Assembly: GCA_977020255.1 (NCBI GenBank)
Contig: CDROCS010000506.1
Span: forward strand, 806,001-870,000
Direction: 5' to 3'
Source of the DNA: Obrimoposthia wandeli
Lineage: Eukaryota
Length of the DNA stretch: 64,000 nt
Shown here: in pieces, positions 63,453 to 64,000 of the stretch
Position numbering within the stretch: position 1 is the first letter of the stretch
Layout of the letters: each line of letters begins with the position of its first letter
The notes under the pieces: generated by a model
The model's database searches: none
The model's input: the letters and a program-made list of their open reading frames with translations, nothing else
What the model was told of the DNA's origin: nothing
Translations under genes and position numbers: made by a program

Positions 63453-63513
63453 GATATACTTAGGTCACTTCACATACCAACAGCTGATAACATGAAGCGA
63501 CTGAAGTATTAAT

Positions 63514-64000
63514 TTATCGAATTGGCATTGCGTACATTAAGCCGCCTTTATTCCATAAATTATTGAGGCCACGGTCAATATTAAGCGGTGAGTTTTTACC
63601 AACGTTATTCTCAAACATTTCTTCGTAGTTACCAACTTGCTTGACGATTTGGTAAGCCCAATCTGATTTAAGTCCTAAGTTTTCGCCAGCTTTACCTGAT
63701 ACACCTAATAAACGTTTAATAGATGGGTTAGCTGATTTCAATTGCTTATCAACATTGCTTGCTGTCACACCTAGCTCTTCAGCTTCAAGTGTTGCGAATA
63801 AGCTCCAACGAACTACGTTAAACCATTCATCATCACCTTGGCGTACAACTGGACCCAATGGTTCTTTAGAAATAATATCAGGTAGTACAACGGCTGATTT
63901 AGGATCATCTAACTTAATTCTTAAACCATATAACTGCGATGCATCAGAGGTAACTGCGTCACAACGACCTTTTTTGAATGCATCAATTGTTTGACCTGAT
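63514..64000 (-). CDS. aapJ: Amino acid ABC transporter substrate-binding protein (5' part lies outside the window)
   Basis: GRCDAVTSDASQLY, ISKEPLGPVVRQGD, VKQVGNYEE, RGLNNLWNKGGLMYAMPIR. Confidence 0.9.
   Translation of the reverse strand, partial: SGQTIDAFKKGRCDAVTSDASQLYGLRIKLDDPKSAVVLPDIISKEPLGPVVRQGDDEWFNVVRWSLFATLEAEELGVTASNVDKQLKSANPSIKRLLGVSGKAGENLGLKSDWAYQIVKQVGNYEEMFENNVGKNSPLNIDRGLNNLWNKGGLMYAMPIR

Overview
A 64-kb, AT-rich chromosomal window from a marine Gammaproteobacterium (Vibrionales/Alteromonadales-like; Moritella is plausible by inference only). I found no rRNA, tRNA, CRISPR array, integrase or transposase. Core genes: epmC-NAD kinase-like-yfcL, monomeric icd, rluE-mnmA-hflD-purB, ahpCF and aapJQMP. 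Accessory modules: an LruC/GEVED protein with a lipoprotein; BaeSR-like two-component system with an EF-hand protein; glgX; lipase plus foldase; a sigma54/NtrC-driven orphan assimilatory nitrate reductase followed by a globin; LysR-MFS-NemA; an orphan pilin; and an AT3-SGNH O-acyltransferase. The most interesting items are: (1) a Crp/Fnr, PruR-like pterin-binding protein and diguanylate cyclase cassette between two duplicated BCCT transporter units; (2) a ~7.8-kb Ser-type sulfatase/anSME/DUF1254 island bounded by a ~58-bp direct repeat and an internally deleted relic of the adjacent DUF1800 gene; (3) a long, strongly base-paired 5' leader upstream of icd; (4) a three-repeat putative BaeR operator upstream of a six-EF-hand secreted protein. 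Family assignments come from motif recognition by eye; no database search was run.
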